Numbered from the stretch's first letter, positions 1 to 9,005 are shown. The stretch: 64,000 nt of DNA from an uncultured Methanosarcinales archaeon (GCA_964344235.1 CAYFMJ010000001.1:224001-288000), one strand, 5' to 3'. The notes: generated by a model from the sequence alone, not told the origin. Translations and numbers: made by a program.

Positions 1-22
1 AGTGATTGTGGGAATATAAAAA

Positions 23-511
23 ATGAGATCAAAAAAACAATTGGCGGGGAAAATCTTGAAAGTATCTCCTAAGAAGGTACGTTTTGCAGATGATGCTCTA
101 GACGATATTAAGAAAGCGATTACTCGTTCCGATATTCGTGGTCTTATTGCGATTAAGAAAATTACTAAATCTACGGCCAATCAACAGTCTCGAGTGAGAG
201 CAAGAAAGATTGCAGCACAGAAGAAGAAGGGACGTCAGCGTGGCTTAGGAAGTAGGAAGGGTGGAAAGTACTCTATTGTTTCTCGAAAGAAACAGTGGAT
301 GTCAAAAGTGCGAGCACAACGACAGTTCTTGCGAGAGTTACGTGAGAAGGGCTTACTGACACCAACAAATTACCGATCATTATATGCAAAGAGCAAAGGT
401 GGTTTTTTCAGGAATAAGCGACACATTAAGTTGTATATTACTGAGCAGAAGCTGGTGGAGAAAGTAGAGAAGAAAGCTGATACGAAGAGTAAAACGGAGA
501 GTGAGAAATAA
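23..511 (+). CDS. rpl19e: 50S ribosomal protein L19e
   Basis: KKQLAGKILKVSPKKVRF, ITRSDIRGLI, GSRKG, WMSKVRAQR motifs; spc-cluster context. Confidence 0.96.
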   Translation: MRSKKQLAGKILKVSPKKVRFADDALDDIKKAITRSDIRGLIAIKKITKSTANQQSRVRARKIAAQKKKGRQRGLGSRKGGKYSIVSRKKQWMSKVRAQRQFLRELREKGLLTPTNYRSLYAKSKGGFFRNKRHIKLYITEQKLVEKVEKKADTKSKTESEK

Positions 512-526
512 TCATAATCATTGAAA

Positions 527-1108
527 ATGGCATTACGAAAACCAAAAACAATCTTGTACCGAAGAAAGCGTGAGAAGCGGACTGATTATAAGAGGCGGAG
601 ACACTTATTACTATCGGGAAAACCGCGGTTGGTTGTTCGCTTTACCAATCACCGAATAATTGCGCAAGTGGTTAAATTTGCAGCGGTAGGAGATGCTCAT
701 GTTGCAGCAGTTGATTCAGCTGCATTATTGAAGAAGCATGGTTGGAAGTACTCTTACAAGAACACTCCTGCAGCATATCTGACTGGTTTAGCAATTGGTA
801 AGTTAGCAGTAGCGAAGGGTGAGAAAGAAGCTATTTTAGATACAGGATTCCAGACACCGCTACGGAAAGGTAAGCAGTATGCATTCTTGAAAGGTGTACT
901 TGATAGCGGTTTAGAGGTTCCTCACGGCGGGGATGAGATCTTTCCGGATGAAGGGAGAATCAGTGGAGAACATATTGCTGCGTATGCAAAGCATTTGCAG
1001 AGTAGCGGTGAATACGAAAAACGATTTACGGAATATTTAAAAAACAATGTTAAGGCTGAAGAGATCACAGCTCAGTTTGAGAAAGTGAAGCAAGCATTGG
1101 TGGGATGA
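527..1108 (+). CDS. rpl18: 50S ribosomal protein L18
   Basis: YRRKREKRTDYKRR, RLVVRFTN, NTPAAYLTG, ILDTG, GRISGEHI; ATG at 527 chosen over TTG at 521. Confidence 0.95.
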   Translation: MALRKPKTILYRRKREKRTDYKRRRHLLLSGKPRLVVRFTNHRIIAQVVKFAAVGDAHVAAVDSAALLKKHGWKYSYKNTPAAYLTGLAIGKLAVAKGEKEAILDTGFQTPLRKGKQYAFLKGVLDSGLEVPHGGDEIFPDEGRISGEHIAAYAKHLQSSGEYEKRFTEYLKNNVKAEEITAQFEKVKQALVG

Positions 1109-1118
1109 GTGAAGAATA

Positions 1119-2015
1119 ATGGCAGATACTAGACAAAATCAACGGAGATCTCCACGGGGAGAACAACGTCGTAGACCAGCAGCGGAAGCTCCGAAGCCGG
1201 AATGGAAGCCAACGACGAGTCTTGGGAAAAAGGTAAAAGCAGGAGAGATTACGTCTATTGATCAAGTGTTTGATCAGGGACTTTCTATTTTAGAACCGCA
1301 AATTGTTGATGCGTTATTACCTGATTTACAGGAGGATTTATTGTTGATTGGTCAGGCGAAGGGTAAGTTTGGTGGTGGTCAGAGAAGAATCTTTAGACAA
1401 ACTCAAAAGAAAACACGAGAAGGTAACAAAATCCATTTTATGACCTGTGCAGTTGTTGGAAATAAAGATGGGTATGTTGGCGTTGCACCAGGGAAAAGTA
1501 AGGAAACAGTTCCAGCACGGGATAAAGCAAAGCGGAAAGCTCGATTAAATTTAATTAGAATTCGAAGAGGATGTGGAAGTTGGGAAACAGATGCTCGTGA
1601 ACCGAATTCAGTACCGTTTGCAGTTACTGGGAAGTGTGGTTCTGTTAAGATTACATTAATGCCCGCTCCACGAGGTAAGGGTCTTTGTATTGAGAAGGAA
1701 TGTGCGAAGGTCTTAGAGTTAGCGGGAATTAAAGATGTCTGGAGTAAGACAAAAGGGCAAACGAAGACAAAGTTGAATCTTATTTATGCATTAATGGATG
1801 CACTGAAAAAATTATCAGAAGTTAAAATCAAACCTGGCGATGTTGCAAAGCTTGGTATCGTAGAAGGTCGGAGCGGAGAAGCCCCTGAAGTTGTTGTTGA
1901 AACAGCGGAAGTTATGACTCCGGAAGAAATTCAAGCGGAGGCTGCCGAAGAAGAGAAACCGGCGGGCGAGAGTAGTGCTGTGAGCGAAGAAAAAGCTGTA
2001 GCAGCTGAGGAATAA
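1119..2015 (+). CDS. rps5: 30S ribosomal protein S5 with acidic C-terminal tail
   Basis: WKPTTSLGKKVKAGEI, VVGNKDGYVG, RRGCGSWE, LMPAPRGKGL, GIKDVWS. Confidence 0.96.
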   Translation: MADTRQNQRRSPRGEQRRRPAAEAPKPEWKPTTSLGKKVKAGEITSIDQVFDQGLSILEPQIVDALLPDLQEDLLLIGQAKGKFGGGQRRIFRQTQKKTREGNKIHFMTCAVVGNKDGYVGVAPGKSKETVPARDKAKRKARLNLIRIRRGCGSWETDAREPNSVPFAVTGKCGSVKITLMPAPRGKGLCIEKECAKVLELAGIKDVWSKTKGQTKTKLNLIYALMDALKKLSEVKIKPGDVAKLGIVEGRSGEAPEVVVETAEVMTPEEIQAEAAEEEKPAGESSAVSEEKAVAAEE

Positions 2016-2019
2016 ACAA

Positions 2020-2502
2020 ATGGCAGAACAACAAGCAGAAACTGTCCAGAAACCAGCTCCGAAGAAAGCTGAGGGAAGCGGAAAGATTGCGGTTGTGTTA
2101 GTTCGGGGTTTAGTTGGAGTTCGTCAGGGAGTGAAAGATACTTTGCAGTTATTACGTTTGACACGGAAAAATAATTGTGTTGTTGTGCCAAATACGCCAG
2201 AGTATATGGGTATGATTCAGAAAGTAAAAGATTATATTACGTGGGGAGGCATTAGCGACGCAACATTTGCTCAGTTAGTTGAGAAGCGAGGAGAGGAGTT
2301 TCAGGGGAGAACTCAGGATGCTAAAGGAAAATATAATTATAAAGCGCTTGATGTTAATGGTAAGAAGTTAAAACCATATTTTCGATTAAACCCACCACGG
2401 AAAGGATTTGGAAGAAAAGGTATTAAGATGCCCTTCAAGTTAGGCGGTGCGCTTGGAGATAGGGGGGAGAAGATGAATGATTTAGTGGGGCGGATGTTAT
2501 AA
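2020..2502 (+). CDS. rpl30: 50S ribosomal protein L30 (archaeal uL30)
   Basis: IAVVLVRG, TLQLLRL, GMIQKVKDYITWG, FRLNPPRKGF, GDRGEKMNDLVGRML. Confidence 0.95.
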   Translation: MAEQQAETVQKPAPKKAEGSGKIAVVLVRGLVGVRQGVKDTLQLLRLTRKNNCVVVPNTPEYMGMIQKVKDYITWGGISDATFAQLVEKRGEEFQGRTQDAKGKYNYKALDVNGKKLKPYFRLNPPRKGFGRKGIKMPFKLGGALGDRGEKMNDLVGRML

Positions 2503-3098
2503 TGAATGTCTTCAAAGTTATTGGTGCTGTACTTACAAGTCCTACTGGGTTTTTTGCTAAGATAGGCAAGGGCAAAGATAATTTAGGATTTGCGTTTGGA
2601 TATTATGCTTTATTGTTATTAGTGGGAACAATTATTGGTCTGTTTATGAATTTACTACTTGTTAATCTTATTCCAATCTATGGTCAAATAGTGGCTGGTT
2701 CGGCAGTTTCATTAGTTGGGTCAACGATCTTTTCGTACATTCTTAGTTTAGCGTTTGGTTTCGCATTTGCAGGATTGTTACATGTATGGATTTTGATCTT
2801 TGGTGGGGAGAATAGTTATGTGAAAACGTATGAATTAGGTGCGTATGCAGGAACACCGTCAATGTTGTTTGGTTTTATCCCTATCTTAGGATGGTGTGGA
2901 TCAATCTGGTCATTGATCTTGCTGATTATTGGTACACAGCAAGTTCACAATATTGAAAGAACGAAAGCAATCTTAATGTATGTAGTGCCGTTTGGAATTT
3001 TGTTTTTGTTAACAATTATTGGCGCAATTATTGCTTTAATGGTATTTGGGAGTCTGTTACCTATTTTTACTTCGCACCTTAACGGGGGTCTGCTATAA
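2502..3098 (+). CDS. Yip1-family multi-pass membrane protein
   Basis: VLTSPTGFF N-terminus, about five hydrophobic segments, LHVWILIFGG..YVKTY...AY and WSLILLIIGTQQVH pattern. Confidence 0.7.
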   Translation: MNVFKVIGAVLTSPTGFFAKIGKGKDNLGFAFGYYALLLLVGTIIGLFMNLLLVNLIPIYGQIVAGSAVSLVGSTIFSYILSLAFGFAFAGLLHVWILIFGGENSYVKTYELGAYAGTPSMLFGFIPILGWCGSIWSLILLIIGTQQVHNIERTKAILMYVVPFGILFLLTIIGAIIALMVFGSLLPIFTSHLNGGLL

Positions 3099-3100
3099 AA

Positions 3101-3589
3101 ATGGTAGTTAGAAAACGCAAGAAAGTAACCAAGTATAGAGCTCACACAACCCACGGTGGAGGGCATCGTAAGAAACGACGAGGAGCAGGTAGCCGTGGAG
3201 GAAGAGGTAGAGCTGGAACTGGTAAACGAGCTGGTCAGAAAGTTGCGGGGGGTAACGTTATTACTGGTAAGAGTGGTTTCAGACCGCGAAGAATGGCTGC
3301 GAAGAGTAGAGGGATTAATGTTGGAGAATTCACATCACATTTTGTTGAGAAGCTAGTAGCTGCGGGAAAGGCAACGAAAGAAGGAAATGCGTTTGTGATT
3401 GATTTGGGTTCATTAGGATATACAAAATTATTAGGTACGGGCACACCAGCCGTTGCAGTTAGAGTAACAGTTGGGAGCAGCAGTGCTCGTGCAACCGAAA
3501 AGATAGAGGCTGCAGGTGGTTCTGTTAACGTTGCTGGGAAAAGTACAGATGTTGTTGAACCAGTGAAGCTGAAAGAGAATACAGAATAA
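3101..3589 (+). CDS. rpl15: 50S ribosomal protein L15
   Basis: KYRAHTTHGGGHRKKRRGAGSRGGRGRAG, KLLGTG, AxEKIEAAGG. Confidence 0.96.
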   Translation: MVVRKRKKVTKYRAHTTHGGGHRKKRRGAGSRGGRGRAGTGKRAGQKVAGGNVITGKSGFRPRRMAAKSRGINVGEFTSHFVEKLVAAGKATKEGNAFVIDLGSLGYTKLLGTGTPAVAVRVTVGSSSARATEKIEAAGGSVNVAGKSTDVVEPVKLKENTE

Positions 3590-3590
3590 A

Positions 3591-4976
3591 ATGGGTTTTG
3601 TTGACAAAATTGCTTCTTTCATCCCTGAAGTACGGGGTCCAACGCAGAAGCGATTACCGTTTAAGGAAAAGTTAAAGTGGACTCTACTGATTTTAGTATT
3701 GTTTTATGTGTTGGGTTTAGTGCCATTATACGGTTTAGGTGAGAATGCATTGGAACAGTTTGAGTTCCTTGCTATTATCTTAGGTGCTTCTTTTGGAAGT
3801 ATTATTTCATTAGGGATTGGTCCTTTAGTAACTGGTTCTATTGTGTTACAGTTATTATCAGGAACAGGTATTTTAAATATTGATACAACGACAACTGAGG
3901 GTAGAAAGAAATTCCAAGCATTGCAACGGGTTCTGGGAGTATTCTTTGTTGTGTTTGAAGCGTTTATTTACGTTTACATGGGCGGTTTAGCACCAGCGGA
4001 AGCGTTTATTGGAACGTCATTGTATTCACAATTTCAGTTGTTGTTAGTATTCCAGTTAATCTTAGGTGGAATGTTAATTATGTTTATGGATCAGGTTGTT
4101 TCGAAATGGGGTTTTGGTTCAGGTATTAGTTTATTCATTGCAGCGGGTGTTTCGCAACAGGTGTTCATTCGAGCGTTTAATTTTATTAAACCAGCAGGTT
4201 CAGAGTATTCGGCAGGAGTGATCCCACAATTCTTTCAAGCGTTATCTGTAGGAGATGTAACGACGGCAGGATTAAGTATTGCAGCGGTTATTTCAACGAT
4301 TGTGGTGTTTGCAGTATGTGTCTATGGGCAAGCGATGAAAGCAGAGATCCCGTTATCATTCGGGAGAGTGCGAGGATATGGCATGCGGTGGCCGTTAAAT
4401 TTCTTTTATACATCAAACATTCCTGTTATTTTAATTGCTGCATTGATGGCAAATATTCAGTTATTTGCTAGGCTGTTAGAGAATTGGGGTTGGCCGATTT
4501 TAGGAACGTTCTCTGGACAAACTCCGGTTAGTGGTTTAGTGTTCTGGTTAAGTCCGCCGAATGTTGTGCAGAATATTATTCAGGGAAATTTCACATTAAT
4601 TAATCTTGGACAAGCAGGAGTGTACATTTTACTGTTTATGTTAGGTTCAGTTGTGTTTAGTATCTTTTGGATGCAGACGGCAGGCATGGATGCACGGAGT
4701 CAAGCGAAACAAATTATGGCGTCCGGATTACAAATTCCCGGTTTTAGAAGAGATGAGAGAGTGTTAGAGAAAATTCTAAAGCGATACATTTGGCCATTAA
4801 CTGTGGTGGGTGGGGCAGCTGTTGGGTTATTAGCGGCGGTTGCTGATTTAACTGGGGCGTTGTCGAATGGAACAGGTATTTTGCTTGCTGTGATGATTAT
4901 CTATAAGTTGTACGAAGAAATTGCTAAGCAACATATGATGGATATGCATCCTGCGATGCGGAAGTTTATGGAATAA
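3591..4976 (+). CDS. secY: Preprotein translocase subunit SecY
   Basis: LPFKEKLKWT, LGIGPLVTGSIVLQLL, SKWGFGSGISLFIA, FFYTSNIPVIL, GTGILLAVMIIY. Confidence 0.97.
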   Translation: MGFVDKIASFIPEVRGPTQKRLPFKEKLKWTLLILVLFYVLGLVPLYGLGENALEQFEFLAIILGASFGSIISLGIGPLVTGSIVLQLLSGTGILNIDTTTTEGRKKFQALQRVLGVFFVVFEAFIYVYMGGLAPAEAFIGTSLYSQFQLLLVFQLILGGMLIMFMDQVVSKWGFGSGISLFIAAGVSQQVFIRAFNFIKPAGSEYSAGVIPQFFQALSVGDVTTAGLSIAAVISTIVVFAVCVYGQAMKAEIPLSFGRVRGYGMRWPLNFFYTSNIPVILIAALMANIQLFARLLENWGWPILGTFSGQTPVSGLVFWLSPPNVVQNIIQGNFTLINLGQAGVYILLFMLGSVVFSIFWMQTAGMDARSQAKQIMASGLQIPGFRRDERVLEKILKRYIWPLTVVGGAAVGLLAAVADLTGALSNGTGILLAVMIIYKLYEEIAKQHMMDMHPAMRKFME

Positions 4977-4991
4977 TAGCTTGGTTATTGA

Positions 4992-5098
4992 ACGTATTAC
5001 GTCCGTTCTTGTGAGTGGGGCACGGCGGACTCCGTACTCTTTCAGAGTACCCGCCTCGACTACGTCAGGGCGCCACTCACCCACCTAACGTAATACGT
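4992..5098. ncRNA. Candidate structured non-coding element (long branched hairpin), identity unknown
   Basis: Perfect 11-bp stem ACGTATTACGT/ACGTAATACGT, inner GTGAGTGG/CCACTCAC, GGCGG/CCGCC and GTACTCT-TTC-AGAGTAC stems; GC-rich against an AT-rich background. Confidence 0.55.
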
Positions 5099-5114
5099 CC
5101 ATAATTCAACAAAA

Positions 5115-5122
5115 TTTATAAA
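5115..5122 (+). promoter_or_regulatory. TATA box for the DUF106 gene (probably leaderless mRNA)
   Basis: TTTATAAA preceded by an A-rich BRE-like tract, centred about 26 nt upstream of ATG 5145. Confidence 0.5.
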
Positions 5123-5144
5123 CACAAATCTTGGTGTATAGAAA

Positions 5145-5903
5145 ATGGCCTTTTTAGATCCAGTATTGAATCCGGTAATGCAACCGTTACTTAATCAAAG
5201 TCCATTCTGGGCAATTGTTATTCTCGCATTTGTTATTACATTGATTATTACGTTAGTGTATAAGTACGCAACGAATCAAAATGAGATGAAACGGCTGAAG
5301 GATCAGCAGAAAGAGTTTCAGAAAAAGATGAAAGCGTTGCGAGATAATAAAGATGAGATGATGAAAGTTCAGAAAGAAGCCATGAAGATTAATGGTCAGT
5401 ATATGAAACACTCTTTCAAAGCGACTATTATTACGTTTTTACCAATTATCTTGATTTTTGGGTGGATGAATGCACATTTAGCGTACGAACCAATTTATCC
5501 AGGAGAACAGTTTAGTGTGACTGCAGAGTTAATTCCTGGTGTTTCAGAAGCAGATTTAGAAATTGATGAAGGATTAGAGTTATTGAGCGAAAAGAAGCAA
5601 GCTGCAGTAGAGGATATGGTGACGTGGAATTTGAAGGGAGAAAGTGGGACACATTTCTTTACGGTAAAGACAGCTAATTCAGAAGCAGCGAAGAAAGTAT
5701 TAATTACAAAAGAAGTGATGTATGAAGAACCAATTTCGTTATTTGACCATTCAGATGTTAATCAGGTTACGATTAATTATAATAAGCTTAAACCGTTAGG
5801 GAGACAGTCAATCTTTGGTTGGGAACCTGGATGGTTAGGGTTGTATATTATTCTGTCAATCGTGTTTAGTATTGCTCTTAGGAAGGTTCTGAAGATTTAT
5901 TAG
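5145..5903 (+). CDS. DUF106 / EMC3-TMCO1 (Oxa1 superfamily) membrane protein
   Basis: TM then coiled coil (NQNEMKRLKDQQKEFQKKMK), MKHSFKATIITFLPII, C-terminal GWLGLYIILSIVFSIALRK; usual position after secY. Confidence 0.88.
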   Translation: MAFLDPVLNPVMQPLLNQSPFWAIVILAFVITLIITLVYKYATNQNEMKRLKDQQKEFQKKMKALRDNKDEMMKVQKEAMKINGQYMKHSFKATIITFLPIILIFGWMNAHLAYEPIYPGEQFSVTAELIPGVSEADLEIDEGLELLSEKKQAAVEDMVTWNLKGESGTHFFTVKTANSEAAKKVLITKEVMYEEPISLFDHSDVNQVTINYNKLKPLGRQSIFGWEPGWLGLYIILSIVFSIALRKVLKIY

Positions 5904-6002
5904 AAAGCTTTTTAAAAGAGTGTTGTTCTGATATAGTGTCTCGATAGAGATAGACAATGAGGCGACTCGGTCAAGTAATGTTTACTTCTGAGATTGCTTT
6001 GT

Positions 6003-6126
6003 CTAAAAATCCTATTGCGCGTACTGGGACACCACACTTCGTATGGCAACCCAGATACGCTTCATCTGGCCATGCCATGATTACCTTCGGTAACCAATGG
6101 CAATCATGGCACAGACGGATTTTTAG
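6003..6126 (-). ncRNA. Candidate three-way-junction RNA, copy 1
   Basis: P1 CTAAAAATCC/GGATTTTTAG closes two long arms; shares CCGTCTGTGYCAT...GYCATT...ATGGCATGRCCAG with the copy at 42404-42531; G-U pairs mostly favour the minus strand. Confidence 0.6.
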
Positions 6127-6150
6127 TTAACAGATGTGAGGATAATAAAA

Positions 6151-6426
6151 ATGCCACGAGGAATGTTTAAATCAGGACGATTACGGAAAATCTTTGTACG
6201 GACGCCTGGAGCAAAAACTGTTGTTCATTACAGACAGCGGAAGCCCAGTAAAGCAGTGTGTGCAAATTGTAAGAAACAGCTAGCAGGAGTTCCACGAGAA
6301 CTTCCCGCAAAGATGCGGAACATGCCCAAAACGGCTAAACGGCCAGAACGACCGTTTGGTGGAGTTTTGTGTTCAGTATGTATGAGAAATAGAATGAAAC
6401 AACAGGCACGAGGTGGGGCACAATGA
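6151..6426 (+). CDS. rpl34e: 50S ribosomal protein L34e
   Basis: VRTPG, KPSKAVCANC, RPERPFGGVLCSVC; ATG 6151. Confidence 0.95.
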   Translation: MPRGMFKSGRLRKIFVRTPGAKTVVHYRQRKPSKAVCANCKKQLAGVPRELPAKMRNMPKTAKRPERPFGGVLCSVCMRNRMKQQARGGAQ

Positions 6427-6857
6427 GTATCTTTGATGTAGGAAGAGTATGTGTAAAGCTTGCTGGTCGAGATGCTGGTAAGAAATGTGTTGTTGTTGAA
6501 AATCACGGTAATTTTGTATTAGTTGATGGTTCAACACGAAGACGGAAGGTTAACGTAAACCACTTAGAACCGCTTGACCAAACCGTTTCTTTGAAAAGTG
6601 GTGCTTCGCATGCGGATGTTGCAAAGGAATTCGAGAAGCTTGGCTTACCAGTATGGGAGAAGAAGAGTAAGAAACCTGCTGAACGACAGAAGAAGCAGAA
6701 AGTTAAGAAGACAAAAGCTCCTAAAGCAGCGAAGAAGGCTGAGAAGAAGGAAGCTCCTGCAAAGGTTGAAGAAACAGCTACAGAAGAAGCAAGTGTTGAG
6801 GCAGCAGTTGAGAATGCAGAAGAAGTGAAAGATGTTGTGGAAGAGAAGAAAGGATAA
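6423..6857 (+). CDS. rpl14e: 50S ribosomal protein L14e with Lys/Ala/Glu-rich tail
   Basis: FDVGRVCVKLAGRDAGKKCVVV, RRRKVNVNHLEP. Confidence 0.94.
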   Translation: MSIFDVGRVCVKLAGRDAGKKCVVVENHGNFVLVDGSTRRRKVNVNHLEPLDQTVSLKSGASHADVAKEFEKLGLPVWEKKSKKPAERQKKQKVKKTKAPKAAKKAEKKEAPAKVEETATEEASVEAAVENAEEVKDVVEEKKG

Positions 6858-6878
6858 ACTTTCTTCGGAGGAAATACA

Positions 6879-7353
6879 ATATCAGATGATAATAGAAAAG
6901 TATTGTTTGTGGATGACCTTAGCAATATCCCTTACGAAAAAAGGCGCCTCTCAAGAGAACTTCCGGGCCAAATTGACTATGCTGGTTCAATCAGAAGCAC
7001 GTGAAGCTATAGGTGGGGCCAACTATGCGGTTGTTTTAGTTGACCCTTCTGTTGATGAAATTAATGAGATTACTGACGGAGAATACATCGAATTGGATAG
7101 AATAGACCGTGGTGGCCATGGTTTTGGTAGGCCAAGATCTAATAGGCAGTCCGGTAGAGAATTACTTCAACGTGGCCTTGATTTCATGGCAGAAGCAAGA
7201 GGTTCAGGGGCTTACGTTATATTGGCTCATTTCCTTGATCACGGGAGAGAGTCCACTTTAACTTCTGATTTTGATGCATCCATTGGTAAGCCATACAATG
7301 GTGATGAGCTAGTTAGGGTAATCAGAGAAGGATTAAGTTCACATCAAAGATAA
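6879..7353 (+). pseudogene. Frameshifted CheY-like receiver-domain gene
   Basis: GGAGG at 6867-6871, ATA at 6879, frame A reads SDDNRKVLFVDD...YAGSI to TGA 7002-7004; frame B continues EAREAI...YAVVLVD...KPYNGDELVRVI. Confidence 0.65.
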
Positions 7354-7358
7354 TTTTA

Positions 7359-9005
7359 TTATTTTATATTCTCGTATAATGTTTCCAGATTAAGTTCCAA
7401 TGCAGTTACCGGTACGATGATCTCCCAATTTGTTAAAACTTGCGGATGGATTTCTCCAAGAACCCCGATAACTTTTTTGTTTATGAGAATATTAGCAGCC
7501 CGTCCAGCAATGTAACTTGGATGGTCAGTCTCTTCTACACGTATCTCTACACCTAAATTGTCGGCAAATGCTTGCAATATTTGTTTTATTTCCGTGAAAT
7601 CTGTAGTTTCATGACATAATGTTACGGCAAGTGTCTCTGTTTCTTTAATTCCAGTGTCAGCATCGCCGCCAGGTGAAAAAGTTCTGCCTATTTCAAACAT
7701 ATTTTGTGGATATTCGTGATGTTGGTTAATGGTTAATGTTTTAAGTAGGCTAGGTAAGATTGCGTTCCGTAGATGGTCCTGTTCTCCTAAAGCGTTTTTT
7801 AGTGGAATTAATGGGCAATCTGTCCCCATTTTGCCATTAAGGTCAGATTCTGTTGCAAGATGGTAGTTCTTTGCTTCAGTTAATTGTAATCCAATAAGAA
7901 TTTGTCTGATTTTTGCTGCGAATTTCTCTAGCGGTGCCTCTTCTCCGATGGTGGAGACGTTAGGAATCTCTTCTTTAAAGTTTTCGTAACCATATGCAAT
8001 TGCAATATCTTCCACAAAGTCAGCTTGATGTAAAATATCTGAACGGTAGGCTGGGATTAGGACGTTACCGTCTTTGTAGCCGAAACCCATTCTCTCAAGA
8101 AGATTTTGTGCTTCTTGTTCTTTGAGATTTAGGCCGAGACGTTTATTTACATAATCTAGATCAAGTTTCATTTCTTTTGGTGTTAAATTAGGGGTTGTCT
8201 TAGTTTCCTTACCATATTCCAGAGTAAGGGTTTCAATCGTTCCGCCCATATCTGCTAATGCGGTGACAACCATATTAAGGCAAAGACTCAGTGTGTTGAA
8301 ATCAAATCCAGAACATTCGATGAACAGATCTTTTGTTTCATCTGTTACACAGCCAATAGTTTGTGAATTAATGATTGGTGGCATACTTAAGATATTGTCA
8401 GCCGCATCGATGAAGAAAGGATATTTTTGTTTTCCCTCTAATAAGTGTGCGTATTCTTTGCCTTTAGGGTGTTCTTCCAAAATGCGGTCTGCACTGATTG
8501 CTTTCGGAAAATCTAACGGTTGGAACGTAATGTTTTTCGGTTTGTCCGCTTTGTAGGTTATTGGGAACACAATTTTATCTAACGGATAGATGCCAATAGC
8601 ACACTTCTTTCTGTTTCTACCAAAGGTTACATGGAGTTTTTCTTGGATTTGAATGATTTCCCGTAATTTTTCTTCGTCAATGGTAATGTTTTTGATAATG
8701 GCACATGCAGTTTTCGGTCTGACTCCATCAACGCTAGGGTCAATGATTATTTTTTGGTTGCTAGGAGTGTTGTTGTATTGTTTTAACCCTGTATTTACAC
8801 CAATAAATGAGCTGAATGCCCTCGCAAAGCCTTGTTCCGATAAGAGATCCGGTCTGTTAGGGAAGATTTCTACGTGAATTTCATCTCCTTCAATGCCTTC
8901 AAGATCTGTTCCTAGCATAGAGATACGGTCTTTGAGCTCCTCGAGAGGCAACGTTTTTCCTACTAACTCTTCAAAGACTGTTTTGTTTAATGTTACTGTT
9001 GGCAT
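7359..9005 (-). CDS. pheT: Phenylalanyl-tRNA synthetase beta subunit
   Basis: MPTVT, EIFPNRPDLLS, QEKLHVTFGRNR, ILSMPPIINS, YRSDILHQADFVEDIAIAYGY. Confidence 0.96.
   Translation of the reverse strand: MPTVTLNKTVFEELVGKTLPLEELKDRISMLGTDLEGIEGDEIHVEIFPNRPDLLSEQGFARAFSSFIGVNTGLKQYNNTPSNQKIIIDPSVDGVRPKTACAIIKNITIDEEKLREIIQIQEKLHVTFGRNRKKCAIGIYPLDKIVFPITYKADKPKNITFQPLDFPKAISADRILEEHPKGKEYAHLLEGKQKYPFFIDAADNILSMPPIINSQTIGCVTDETKDLFIECSGFDFNTLSLCLNMVVTALADMGGTIETLTLEYGKETKTTPNLTPKEMKLDLDYVNKRLGLNLKEQEAQNLLERMGFGYKDGNVLIPAYRSDILHQADFVEDIAIAYGYENFKEEIPNVSTIGEEAPLEKFAAKIRQILIGLQLTEAKNYHLATESDLNGKMGTDCPLIPLKNALGEQDHLRNAILPSLLKTLTINQHHEYPQNMFEIGRTFSPGGDADTGIKETETLAVTLCHETTDFTEIKQILQAFADNLGVEIRVEETDHPSYIAGRAANILINKKVIGVLGEIHPQVLTNWEIIVPVTALELNLETLYENIK

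Noticed and set aside
4992-6126. SRP RNA, RNase P RNA, hammerhead, hairpin ribozyme or group II D5 for the hairpins
   Set aside because: Required cores (CAGG/GNAA/AGCA, GAGGAAAGUCC, CUGANGA plus GAAA, AGAA loop A) are absent or incomplete
6832-7001. Track N-terminus MLWK...MIIEKYCLW
   Set aside because: The alternative frame gives the canonical receiver strand KVLFVDD
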